This document shows positions 40,748 through 53,669 of a DNA stretch of 64,000 bases, in pieces. The stretch is from NCBI RefSeq assembly GCF_963921235.1, contig NC_086108.1, forward strand, positions 41,914,001-41,978,000, written 5' to 3'. Position 1 is the stretch's first letter; every line of letters begins with the position of its first letter. The notes beneath the pieces are model-generated. The model made no database searches. It saw only the letters and a program-made list of their open reading frames with translations, and was not told where the DNA came from. The position numbers and the translations under genes are program-made. The DNA comes from Mobula hypostoma (taxonomy: Eukaryota).

Positions 40748-40840
40748 CTCATGAAGAGTCTCGGCCCAAAACGTCGACTGTACCTCTTCCTATAGATGCT
40801 GCCTGGCCTGCTGCATTCACCAGCATTTTTTGTGTGTGTA
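40748..40840 (+). mobile_element. Single-arm Penelope-type terminal fragment with decayed hammerhead
   Basis: ctcatgaagagtctcggcccaaaacgtcgactgtacctcttcctatagatgctgcctggcctgctgc closely matches the right arm of the 55091-55301 element. Confidence 0.75.
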
Positions 40841-43242
40841 ACCACCATCATCATTGTTTTTTCTTTAATTAATTTCAAATATTTTGAAATGCTTAACTGA
40901 TTTTCAACTTTCAAAATGTAAGTTTTTAATTGCTTACTTCATTTTAAATGTTTAATTTTTCTTAATATCAGAGTTTCTCAGAAACATAAACCTTTTGACA
41001 AAGTTGGTGGTAGATCTTTACAATCTATTTAGAGCTTCCAGAGGTGTTTGTGAGGTATGTGGCATGTGACAGGCATTATTTTGGTTGTTAACAATCATTT
41101 ATAGCCATTCCTCTTTAAAGATGGTCATATAGCTTGCTGCATATTCAAAAGAAAAGGGGAAATGAAACTTTTTTCTGTTACATGTTACAACCTAATCTAT
41201 AAAGTTTCCAAAACATTTTTCAGAGGTGATCAAAAGTACATCAGCAAGTTAGTGCATAGCTGAAATACCTCAGAAAAGACACCATATATAAATCCAAATC
41301 ATAAACATTTTAGAAATTATTTGATAATTTCACATATTTCAGTCCAATTAGAACCAATACAAGGACCTTATTCTTTATTTTTGGAAAAGCTTCCAAAGTG
41401 ATGTCATATAATTTCTCTGAAATGCCGAAGTACAAATGTGATGCTAAAATACAAGGGAGTATAATACCAAATTTTAACAACTGTGTTTAAATTACATACT
41501 TTCCCATTAAGTATTTATGTAACTCATATTTTTTCTAGGTTGTTTGTATTAATCTGGAAACACAATCGTGATCAATCTCACAAGCGAAGCAGACTTAGGC
41601 TGCATATTACTTGATGGGAAACTATCTAGGATACTTTCAAATTTTTAAAATATCTTTAATTTGAAAAGGAGATGGATGTGATCAAGGTCTTCTGGCCATG
41701 AAGCAAAGTGTCATGTTGTAGTCTTAGGACAGACCTGCTACTGCATCTAAACAGTATGCAACTCAACAAAGATAATTAAGTTCCTTGTGGAAATGAATAG
41801 TGAAGCAATCATATTTATCAAGTTTTTTCTGGATAAAACTGATATTTGTAAATAATTTCTCATTTTCAAAGACAACATACCTTCTTACAACTTCTGAAAT
41901 AATATATTTCATCCAAAAGGATAAATCTCTATCTTGAAAGGAAATTAATTCTCAAAGATGTCTTACCTGCCAGCTCTGCCAGGTTTTCTCTCACCAGACT
42001 GACATTCGGCGCCTACAATTCACTAGCACAATTTTGAAGGCCTGAAATGAAAATGCCCCAGATTTTCCAAAGACAATGTGACACAGTCAATGTCGTCAAT
42101 TCCCTTACCATCCATCACCACATCTAAAACATCTAAAACTATTCTACATTTCAAAATTTAGACAGCTATAATTAAATGCACAAGATGGCTGTATTATCTA
42201 CAAAAGGCACCAAGTTCAGGCAACCAAATTCAAGGATTATTTCTGTTATTAGCAACACAAGGTGAGAGGAGATATTCTCTATGAATAATGAACAAAACCC
42301 CTTACCACAACAACCTCCACTCGCTCCCTCCTCATATTCTCTATTTCCTAACCTAACTAACAGTCCACCACATATGATATATCACAAGTGACCGATCATT
42401 TCGTTTACTTGCTTTTGTCTGTACACAGTATCATTCCCTGGGTATACCTCTGTCCAAAATTACAACTCCAAGTCCATTGCTCTGATTAGCACTACATATT
42501 CTCAAGCTGCCTGCATCCAGGGTATAGTTTACTACCAATTTCAACCTGCTCTGCTGACATATAATACCACTGCAGACAGAGCAGCATCGTTTAAAAAACC
42601 AGTCACTGTGTACAAAATATTTGAGCTAAATGTTCTTAGATTACTTTTTTAAGTGATTTAAAGTTTACAGTCATGAGTGATATGGAACAGAAATAAGCCC
42701 CTTGGGCCACTATGTCCTATAATCATCCAGTACCCATCTATATTAATCCCATTTGATTCACCACACATTCCCATCAACCTCTCTCCCATTCACCCTCCGG
42801 TTCATCTGCACACCTGGGACTATTCAGTGTACTAATTAACCTAGATGTCTTCAGGATGTGGAAGGAGACCCACACAAGCAAAGCCCTAGTCTGAAGAACC
42901 AGGTTTATTAGGTCTACCACTCAATAATTCACAGCATGGTCTGTAAACGTTTAACCTGGATCCAAAGCCAAGGGAAATCCTGACTGTAAGACAAATTTCT
43001 CCTTAATCACCTATCTTGTCGTGGACACACTGAAGAAGACCAAATTATATTACATTGGCTTCTAGATATACAAAGGTCACTTTGACACTTCAGGCATTAA
43101 AGAATCTGAATTATATTTTGATGCCGCACATAATAAATATTTTATTGTGTAATACATTTCACGATTACATTTAAACTGTTAATGAAGTGCTAGATTAATC
43201 TTTCATCTGTCACGTTTCAACTGCAAGAAGAGTTTACACATA

Positions 43243-44577
43243 CACTCAGTGAGCACTTCATTAGGTAGACCTGTACACCTGCTTATTAATGCACATATCT
43301 AATCAGCCAATCGTGTGGCAGCAACTCAATGTAGAAAAAGCATGCAGACACGGTCAGGAGCTTCAATTGTTGTTCAGACCATACATCAGAATAGGGAAGG
43401 AATGTGATCTAAGTGACTTTGACCATGAAGAGATTGTTGGTGCCAGACAGGTGGTTTGAGTTTCTGGGAAACAGCTGATTTCCTGGGGGTTTTATGTACA
43501 GCAATCTCTAAAGTTTATAGGAAATGGTGCAAAAAACACAAAAGCATCCAGTGAGTGCCAGTTATGTGGGTAAAATGCCTTCTTAATGAGAGAGGTCAGA
43601 GGGGAATAGCCAGATTGGTTCAAGCTGATAAGAAGGCGGCAGTAACTCAAACAACTATTTGTTACAACAGTGGTGTGCAGAAAAGCATCTCTGAACATCT
43701 ATGGACTTCAGGAAGGGTAAGACGAAGGAATACATACCAATTCTCATAGAGGGATCAGAAGTGGAGAGAGTTTGCGGCTTCAAGTTCCTGGGTGTCAAGA
43801 TCTCTGAGGGTCTAACCTGGTCCCAACACATTGATGTAGTCATAAAGAAGGCAAGACAGTGGCTATACTTTATTAGGTGTTTGAAGAGATTTGGCATGTC
43901 AACAAATACAATCAAAAATTTCTATAGTTGTACTGTGGAGAGCATTCTGACAGGCTGCATTACTGTCTGGTATGGAGGGGCTACTGCACAGGACGGAAAG
44001 AAGCTGCAGAAGGTTGTAAATCTAGTCAGCTCCATCTTGGGCACTAGCCTACAAAGTACCCAGGACATCTTTAGGAAGCGGTGTCTCAGAAAGGCAGCGT
44101 CCATTATTAAAGACCTCCAGCACCCAGGACATGCCCTTTTCTCACTGTTACCATCAGGTAGGAGGTACAGAAGCCTGAAGGCACACACTCAGCGATTCAG
44201 GAACAGCTTCTTCCCCTCTGCCATCTGATTCCTAAATGGACATTGAAGCCTTGGACACTACCTCACTTTTTTAATATACAGCATTTCTGTTTTTGCACAT
44301 TTTTTAATAATTTATTCAATATACGTAATTGATTTTCTTTTTTATTTATTATAATGTTTTATTTTATTTATTATTTTTTCCCTCTCTGCTAGATTATGTA
44401 TTGCATTGAACTGCTGCTGCTAAGTTAACAAATTTCACATCATATGCGTCTGATATTAAACCTGATTCTGATTCTGACCTTGAAGTGGATAGGCTATAGC
44501 AGCAGAAGATCAAGAACATACATTCAGTGTCCATTTTATTAGACAAACAAGATACTTAATAAAGTGACCACAGAGTG
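43243..44577 (+). mobile_element. Non-autonomous Tc1-like DNA transposon split by a Rex1 insertion
   Basis: Left end ta|cactcagtgagcacttcattag; right end taataaagtgaccacagagtg|ca. Decayed transposase N-terminus (DLSDFD, RGQRGIARLVQADKKA..YNSGVQKSISEH). Confidence 0.8.
43700..44477 (+). mobile_element. Young Rex1/Babar-like LINE 3' fragment, (TTCTGA)n tail
   Basis: Uninterrupted ORF 43701-44228 (DFRK...FKFLGV...TQRFRNSFFPSAI). Same family as 29374-31650. Confidence 0.95.
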
Positions 44578-46713
44578 CACATAATATCATGAACACAAAA
44601 AGGCATCAAAAATACTGAAGACCATAAGGGAGAGAAAGTAGGGTAGGGAGTTGACAACAACAAATAAAAAGGCTGTTTCACCTCAACACAGGTTGATCCA
44701 CATTATATCTAAGTCAAACCAATACATTTTATATTCACAACCAAATGAAACCATTTTATACCATTCCCAAATACACAACGTGACCAGTCCATTTAATTAT
44801 GCTTACAATTGCTTGTGATTGCATTTTGTGAAATAAAAGCCTAAAAGCCCGATTTAGTACCTCCAGTCCATTTTAGGAAACCAAAAAAAGTCTTCCCTGC
44901 TAAATGTTAAATATTTTCCTTTATTTTACATTTGAACCTATTGCTTCATAACAATGACTGCACTCTCATAAAATAAACTAAATGAATGTTGGTATATATT
45001 GAACCATTAAATCCTTCCAAGGTTACATCAAAATATGATGCTTCTTGTCTTTTTCATAAGCACTTTCGTATCAAGTTAAGTAACATCATATTAAAGTTCA
45101 AATCATATCAAGACAGAAATAAACACATTGCAGGAAAACTTAGTTTTGAACTATATTTTTTGTTTAATGGCACACATCAAGATTACTTCTTACAGATGTG
45201 TTATACCTTCAAGTGTAAAGTTGATTGGCACATACTTTTAGAAAATGACTGTAATTACAAAGAAAAACAACTACAATCTGCATCTGTTCTATGTAACAGG
45301 CATGTGTTCCTATTGAAATCACATACAGAATGTCAGAAATGCCAGTTTGACCATTTCACATGCCATGTCAGTTGTGGATGACAAGAAACAGCTTAATAAG
45401 CATCAGCAGGGCTCTGTAAACACTACTAACCAAAACTGGCCTGAAACCGTGAGGTTTCATTGATGAAAATAATACAAGCCTTGGCATTTCATAAAACCAA
45501 TGGTACAGCATTGGTCAATATACCCACAGGAAACATACTTTTGAGCTTTACATCTGTGGAATATTACAAGCTGCCACACAAAATTATAACATTTACACAA
45601 GATTCCAGTCTTAGTACAATGTACTTTGCAAGTAACTTTTTTGAAGAATTATGGCACTATTTATGTAACAAAAAACGAACATTGGTTTCTATGTCTTGTC
45701 AATTCTACCAATATGTTTAAACAAAGTATGCTTAATTTTTCCATTAAAAGCCACAGTTTACCATTTTTTATTCTAACATGGCATGGTTCTAAAACAATGT
45801 TCCTGCTGCTTTTTTCTGCTTCATTTGCTCCTTCAACCAAGAATGATATAATGCATGAGGACATTGTGGGTGGCATGTGTAATGTTTCCTCATCAGCCAA
45901 TTGGAGAGAATTTTCTGTGCAGTGACATTTAGTTTAGGCTTTGATTCTTCTTCATTCAGCCCAAGACCAAAACCTTATCAAAGAAGCCTAATACACTGGC
46001 AGATTGGTGTGCAAGTCCAAGAGCTGAAATGCCTTCTACTAAGATCTGAACTTAGGCATTCAGACTGCAGAATCACATTATCCATTACCAATGCGACCAG
46101 CTCATCCACCTTTCAAGATTAATGGCACTGCTTTCATACCGCATCTACACAGATACAATTTTATAACTCCCTTACATGGTTTTATTTAACAGTTGAATCA
46201 TTATACCTAACAGAATGTTTTAAGCATCTTCTACTAAAACTCGATAAATCAAGAACAGCCTTGCTTTTTGTCCAGTTCTTCAAAGAACTTGATTATGATT
46301 TAACTTTCCCAGAGCTTGTCAATAGTTTGAAGGTTATTATTATTTAAAAAAATAAAGGGTCAAAAGGTCACAGCAGCCTCATCAACTGATCCGCAACATT
46401 CAGTTAATGTGACTCAACTTGGTTTGCCTTTCAATGACACAGAACATTATGGGCTCAGCCTATTTGATGCTAAACTGTTGCACAGACAAGATTACTCTTT
46501 TTCTAAGAGAAGAAGACAATACAAGTTTATTTGCTCAAGTTTCATGGTGAAAAAAACAGATGTTCAATTTCTTAATACAGTGTTTTTGTTGCAATATATA
46601 ATAGGGCCCATTTTCAAATCAGCGATATTGCCTAAGAAATGTGGTTATTGAAGCAATAATGACTGGGCTATATCCAAGGATTCCTGTTTTATAGATGTTG
46701 TTTTCTGAACAAA

Positions 46714-46799
46714 TACAACTGTCTTATTGAACTGGCGGGGCTTGGAGGGGAAATGTTACCTCATAGCACAAGCCCCGCCAGTTCAATGAGACAGTTGTA
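46714..46799. repeat. 31-bp inverted repeat (30/31 match) with 24-nt spacer; possible TA-flanked MITE
   Basis: tacaactgtcttattgaactggcggggcttg ... caagccccgccagttcaatgagacagttgta. Confidence 0.85.
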
Positions 46800-46959
46800 G
46801 CCTCCAAAATTCACCAGTTCAAGGAGCCGAAAATTCCTCTCCAACCTCCGTTAAAAATCACTCCCTCCTTCCTCTGGTCACAAGAAAGTCTTCCCTTGAC
46901 TTCTCCCAATTCTGCTGCAGAAATATATCATTGTTTATCAGTACGCTAAAACCAAAGAA

Positions 46960-49600
46960 AACCCGAGTGGCAGAATGGGACAAAAAGAGTACTGTACTGG
47001 AAATGACCCTGGCCAACAGAGTTAATAAGAACTCCAAATCCTTTGATAACTATAGTAGAAGCAAGAGGGTAACTAGGAAAAGTGTAAGTTCTCTCAAAGA
47101 CCAAAATAGAAGTCCTTGTGTGGAGCTAGGGAATATGTGTGGTGTCCTGAATGAATACTTAGCATCAGTATTCACCAGGGAGAAGGGTAGAGAGTTGGGG
47201 AGGCATATGCTTATTGTCTTTAATATGTCTGAATCATGAAATGGAAGCATTCGAGATATTGATGCACATTAAGGTAAACAAATTCCCAGGTCATGATTAG
47301 GTCTATTCAGGGCATTACAGGAAGCAAGGGAAGCGATTACTAGGGTTCTGATGGAGATTTTTGCATCACCTTTGGCCACGGTTGAGGTACCAGAAGACTG
47401 AAGGGTAGTTCATATTGATCCCAAGTTCAGTAGGGATAAGTCAAAAATTGCAGGCCAGTGAGCCTTACATCTGAAATAGGGATACAAACCAAAAAAAACT
47501 TTGGGTTAGGTTTGCTGATTTCTTGGAAAGGCAGGGACTGATTGGGGGGTATGGTCAGCATGGGTCTGTGCGTGGAAAATCGTGCCTCATAAATCTGATA
47601 GGGTTTTTTTTAAGTTTACTAAGAAAACTGATGATGGTAAAGTGGTAGATGGACACATGGACATCTGCAAAGGTTTAAACAAGTTCCCACACAGCGGGCT
47701 GTCCAAACTGTTAGGACACATAGAGTCCAGAGTAACACACATGGAGTCCAAGTGTTTTAGCATACTGTTTTCTAAATTAGCTTGGTGATAGGAAGCAGAA
47801 GGTAGTGGTGGAGGGTTGCCTTTCTGCTTGGAGGTCTGTTATGTGTTGTGAATCTTAGGGATCAGTGGTGCAGTGGTCTAATGAGGAAAGTTGCTGATGA
47901 CCCGAAGATTGGAAAAGCTGCAGATGGTGGGAATGGTTGCTTAAGGATAAACGGCCATAGATCAGATGCAAGTTTGGGCAGAGCAGTGGCAGAAAGAATT
48001 TAATCCAAACAAGGTTGAGGTAATACATTCTGGGTTATCTAATGATTGAGTGTTGAATGACTGACTGTCTGTTGTATCTTATGAACACAACAGCATGAAG
48101 AAACCTGTGCAGGAGAATTTTTAAAGCGGAAATGCCATTGCACTGGGGCAGTTCCACTCTCTCAGCCTCAGAAGTCTGGGTCTAGTGGTACAAATATTCA
48201 TCATAACTGGGTCTTTTTTGGTTGAAGTGGAGGACCATAACTTCTGTGTCTTGTCATGCGCTTTGCACATTCAAAGGTTCTAAGATTCATTTTATTGTCA
48301 AAGTATGCATGGGCAATACAACTCTGATATTTGTCTTCCCCAGATAGCCATGATATACAGAAAGACCATGGGGGTTGTTGAAAGAAAAGACATTAACAAC
48401 CCCCTCCCCCGGCATGTAAAAGAAAAAGAAACAAAACTCACAAACCCTCTCCCTGCAGAAAACAAAGCAGCAACAATAGCATCAAATCCCCCACCCCAAC
48501 CCATCATCGAATATTGGCTGGACACATATACAAAACATAGAAACATAGAAAATAGGTGCAGGAGTAGGCCATTCGGCCCTTCAAGCCTGCACCGTCATTC
48601 AGTATGATCATGGTTGATCATCCAACTCAGAACCCTGTACCCGCCTTCTCTCCATACCCCCTGACCCCCGTAGCCACAAGGGCCATATCTAACTCCCTAT
48701 TAAATATAGCCAATGAACTGGCCTCAACTGTTTCCTGTGGCAGAGAATTCCACAGATTCACCACTCTCTGTGTGAAGAAGTTTTTCCTCATCTCGGTCCT
48801 AAAGGGCTTCCCCTTTATCCTCAAACTGTGACCCCTCGTTCTGGACTTCCCCAACATCGGGAACAATCTTCCTGCATCTAGCCTGTCCAATCCCTTTAGG
48901 ATTTTATACGTTTCAATAAGATCCCCCCCCCCCAGTCTTCTAAATTCCAACGAGTATAAGCCTAGTCGATCCAGTCTTTCATCATATGAAAGTCCTGCCA
49001 TCCCAGGAAACAGCAGGGACCTTTAAAGTGTTGGCGCACTGAGAGAGCCTAGGGTGCAAAATCATAATTCCACACTTGAAATATTAAGTGCAGTTCTGGT
49101 CACCACTGCATTGAAGGAATACAACAGCGCTAGAAAGAGTGCAGTACAGATTCACCAGGATGATGCCTGGATTCAAGAGTTTTAGTTACAAGGAAAGATT
49201 GGACAGGCTGGAATTGTTGTCAATGAAGTGCAGGAAACAGAGGAGTGATCTTATATAGTATAAAATTATGAGGGCATAGATTAGGTAAATAGTCGCAGCC
49301 TTCTTTCCAAGGGGAGTCTAAAATGAGAGGACATGGGTTTAAGGTGAGAGAGGACATATTTAAAGGAGATCTAAGGGCCAAGTTCTTTTCTCCCCATCAC
49401 AGTTGATGGTGAGTATATCAAACAAAGTACCGGAGGTGGTGGCAATGCAGGGACAACTGCAGCATTTTTAAAACACACAGACTGGTAAAGTGTACAGGAA
49501 ATAAATAGAAGCATACGTACCAAAGGCAAGAAAATGATATCAGTGTGGATAGGTATCCAGTTAGACCAAAGGGCCAATTTCCCTGCTGTATGATCGGGCC
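46960..49600 (+). mobile_element. Old CR1 LINE carrying several nested insertions at about 48050-49010
   Basis: ORF 46931-47239 (LNEYLASVFTRE), decayed RT to about 48040, resuming after 49010 with gtgcagttctggtcacc (VQFWSP). Confidence 0.8.
48533..49007 (-). mobile_element. Young CR1 3' fragment, nearly identical to 34170-34646
   Basis: ORF 48627-49001 almost equals the C-terminus of ORF 33952-34551. Reversed tail aaacatagaaacatagaaa. Confidence 0.95.
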
Positions 49601-49815
49601 ACACAGAGTCTGTTCTCAGCAATAGTTCAAAACAACAGCTAGCTAGCTCATAGCCTGTTCCACATTGCCTCTAATTCCAGCTGCTGAATCACAATCACCC
49701 ATCTTGCATGATCACACATAATCCAAGTCACCCCTATGAGCTTTCTAAAATCTAATGAGGTGGTGGGTGAAACAAAAATTAATACTTTTCAATTTTATAC
49801 CAATTCTTGACCTAG

Positions 49816-50555
49816 TAGATAGATAGATAGATATACTTTATTGATCTCGAGGGAAATTGGGTTTCGTTACAGCCGCACCAACCAAGAATAGAGCATAAAT
49901 ATAACAATACAAAAACCACAAACAATCAAACAACAATATGCAAACTATGCCAGATGAAAATAAGTCCAGGACCAGCCTATTGGCTCAGGGTGTCTGACCC
50001 TCCACGGCAGGAGCTGCAAAGTTCGATGGCCACAGGCAGGAACAAACCCCGTGACACCCAGTGTTGTATCTTGGTGGAATATGGCCAAGGTCCAACAGCA
50101 AAAAGTTCAATATCCGGTCTACAAACACGTTCCTCGATCATAATATGACCCGGATTGCACCATCCGTTGTTAACCAGAACAGTAAGCACCCAACTCCTTT
50201 ACGCTTACCGCTGTCAGTGCACTTCCAGTCAGCCCGAACGGTCATGGAAAAGATTTGATCGGGTATGTCCTCGTGCAGCCCCGTTCCAGTAAAACACATA
50301 ACACTGCACTTCTGAAATGTTCTCTGATGCCTGGCTAGCGCCGTGAACTCGTCCATTTTATTACCCACCGAACTCCTCTTCTCCATAAGTCTCTGTTGTC
50401 TCGACCCGGTTCTCTTTCCTCACCTTTGTGATCCCACTCTGCATCCTCTGTGTGTTTTCCTCCAGATTTCAGCAGGGGTGTCCGCCGCTCTGCTCACTAA
50501 ACCGGCCGGCAATCTCAGTGGATTCAATATAGTATTAAAACTGTACTTTTAACTT
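49816..50555 (-). mobile_element. Internally deleted (bipartite) Rex1/Babar-like element with (TATC)n tail
   Basis: Endonuclease N-terminus (GNKMDEFTAL, VMCFTGTGL, NNGWCNP, PDIELFAVG) is fused to the extreme ORF C-terminus (FLPVAIEL), then 3'UTR, aataaa and tatc repeats. Confidence 0.8.
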
Positions 50556-51769
50556 TTAAATTAATTGAAGGTTTACATTTAATACTATCCACTTGTCTGG
50601 ATGAATATCTCAAAGAACATCTTATATCAATGCTATCCAGGATGACTGGAACCCATCCCAAACATTCACTCCATGCAATTGGTCACACTTAAGAGCAGTA
50701 TGGACAAACTTAAATGGGAACATCAGTTCAGTCAAAAATCTGTTTCCATGCCACATATGACTTCATAAACTATCTACAAAATGACCTGCGGTTACTTCAA
50801 AGGGCTACAAGGGCGACCCCAATGAAAAGGGATTAATGGAAACACCATCACCTGCAGCTTTTTATTCTTTCTTATCATCCACCGACTTCCTTAAACTCCA
50901 CTAAGTCATCTGGCATCCTGATGTGAGCATATTGTCATATTATCATTAACCCTGGGTGTAAAGTCCTAGATAATATATCCTTTATGGACAGATAATCATC
51001 TGATAGGCTGCAATAGTTCAAGATAATAGCTCAGTCCTACTTTCAAGAACAAATAGGGTTGTGCAGTAAAATGTTGGCCCTGCCACCAACACACTCATCC
51101 TACAAATGCATAAAAAATATGCAAAGAGCCCATGCAAGATTAATTTACTTGCCCTTTTATGCAAAAGAGGGTTGCAATGTTGCAGAATAGATGAGCTGGA
51201 TAAGTGAGTTAAACTGAAACCATGCTGACATCTAAAGAATTGTTTGAATATCCACTTGAAGCAAAAGCAAAAGAAAAGGATATGGGAACAGAGCTGACAC
51301 TCAGATTAATGCTCGTGGGAAGTTCAAACACCAACATGGCTGTCTGGCTGGAATTTTTCTGCACTGGAATTTCTATGCAATGCCGTGAATGTGTTGTTAA
51401 GCACAAGCTAAATCGGCAGGAGCTAATACCACATCTAATACAGATTAAATAAATGAATAATTTTCTGAATCAAATTTGACATCTGTTTGGCCTTGAGAAA
51501 TGATCTATGTTTCTTTGCATTTTTCTAATTCTACTCAGGGATCAAAATGTACCAGAAAAATAAAGAAGAAATAATTTGGAGAGGAAACTTTAAGAAGTGA
51601 TATCTGGAAATTTTCCACTCAAGGATCAAACCTTCAGAACTGAAATTCCTTTGTAATTTACAGAGTCACAGTTCTTCAGAAAGCTCCTGGTGATAAATAA
51701 TGCAGAATTCACAAAGGAGCTGGTTGCATTGTGTCTGTCAAAAGCAACATTGGTAACATACAACTGATA

Positions 51770-52190
51770 ATGCACAAAATCTGAAATAAAACTGAAAATG
51801 GTGAAAATAGTCAGCAGATCAGGCAGCTTTTGTGGCAAAAAAAAAATAGAGTTCATGTTTTAAGATGAAGACTTTGTCAAAACGTGGAAAGAAAGGAAAC
51901 ATAGCAGCAAATAATCGGCTAAAGGAAATCAACGGGTCAAGCACCATCTGCTGGGAAGAGAAATTGTCAAAGTTTCAGGTCAAAACCCTGCATCAGAAAA
52001 TCCTTCACATCCCCACTTCACCCCTCCCCCATAGATGCAGCTCATGTAATCTCAGAATGTGTCATATTTACCCACCTTCCTTCCAGCCATCTGGGAAACC
52101 AAAAAGTCTTTCCAAGAAGAGCAGGGATTGGCGTGCAGATTTTCCAACATTGCGTACTACACTGAGGTAGGAATATGAGTGACAGGGGAA
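51770..52190 (-). mobile_element. Decayed Penelope-type termini (two copies)
   Basis: Two repeats of the cagcagatcaggcagc / gggtcaagcaccatctg arm. The reverse strand near 51970-52000 reads ctgatgcagggttttgacctgaaac. Confidence 0.5.
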
Positions 52191-53669
52191 TTAAGATGTG
52201 GCTTCTTCAGTGTTATCACCAGCATTCTTTGTTGCCTGTCATTTTAATTCTCCATTTTAACCACTCTTATCTGCCTACAGTCTCGTGTACTATTATAACA
52301 AGACCATAAGATATAGGAGCAGAAATAGGCCATTTGGCCCATTGAGTCTGCTCCATCATTTTATCATGGCTGACCCATTTTCCCTCTCAGCCCCAATCTC
52401 CTGCCTTCGTAGACTGACTAATCAAGTACCCACCAACTTCTAACCTCCATGGCTGCACAAATTCACAACTCTCTGGCTAAAGAAATTCCTCCTCATCTCT
52501 GTTCTAAATGGACACCCCACTATACGGAAGGTTGAGGAACAGCACCTCAACTTCTAGACTTTAAAACTAATTTGTTTTCTCCTTTATCAGAATGACAAAA
52601 GGAAGGTTAACATTAAAGATTAACCGTTGCCCCTTCCATAATGCTGCTGACACGCTGAATGTTCCCAGCACCCATAAAATTTTTAACCTGGTTTTTGTCT
52701 TACCCTACAAAATGCAAAAACTTGAATCCTTTCAAAAACTAACACTGACCTTGCCTTTTATATGGTATGTGCTAAATTAAGTTTTCATAACATCTTTGTT
52801 TTACATATTTAAGTCTCCAGATTTCATTGCAAACACCTGTACTGTCAGCCCTCACCCGTCCCACTCTCATTCAAACTCTTCTACCAAGTTGTACTGGGTT
52901 CTGATCCCTCGCTTACTACCAGTAGTCTGGTCCAAACTGGGTCTCAAGTTTGGCCTTTACGCAGTTCATCTGGCTTAGTTCCACAAAAAGTGGCTTTGAG
53001 AGCTTCTTGGACATTCAACAACCAGTCTGTATAGCTGAAACTGTCCAAGTGAGATTTCCAGTTAGAGACCAGAATCACGGCTTCAGAATAGAGGACAAAG
53101 CTGCCACACACAGCAGAACAAGCAATACAGAAACTATTCTGTGCTACTTATGCAATCGTCACTGAGACAAATGTCTCAGCCAGTGTGACGGTCCCTGGTT
53201 TCACAGCATCTGGCCCGCTAACTTTGGTCACAAGCGCACTCTCTATTCATCAGATTACCAAGGAATAAAGTGGAAATGTATACTGAAGGAGGCATCTGTC
53301 TGGAGAACGCACGGCATGCCACTCATCTCTTTATTCTAAAAATACGCACTCCCACTTTCACCGCAGGAAACTCCAAAGGTAACATTTCTAATGCCGTGGT
53401 CGTCGAGTTTCCTCAAACCAGCTGCTCTTATTGTGGCATCCTGGCATCTAAGTAATCAACTTCCAAAAATTTGAGAGGGAAGAGGGTACATTAGCAGCAG
53501 TAGGGAGCGGGATAAGGAAGACTTTCGGGCTGAAGAGACACAACTGTGACAGCTGAGAAGGGGATAAACTTGGTCTTAAATTTCCATATTTAACACCATG
53601 TCACATTAATCATTCACAATCAAGCATAATCACCAACCAGATGACACACAGTAGCCTGGTTGCTCTAAT

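Noticed and set aside
44986..46651. Cluster of 70-130 aa ORFs in unique DNA
   Set aside because: Composition typical of random AT-rich frames; no motifs or convincing splice boundaries.
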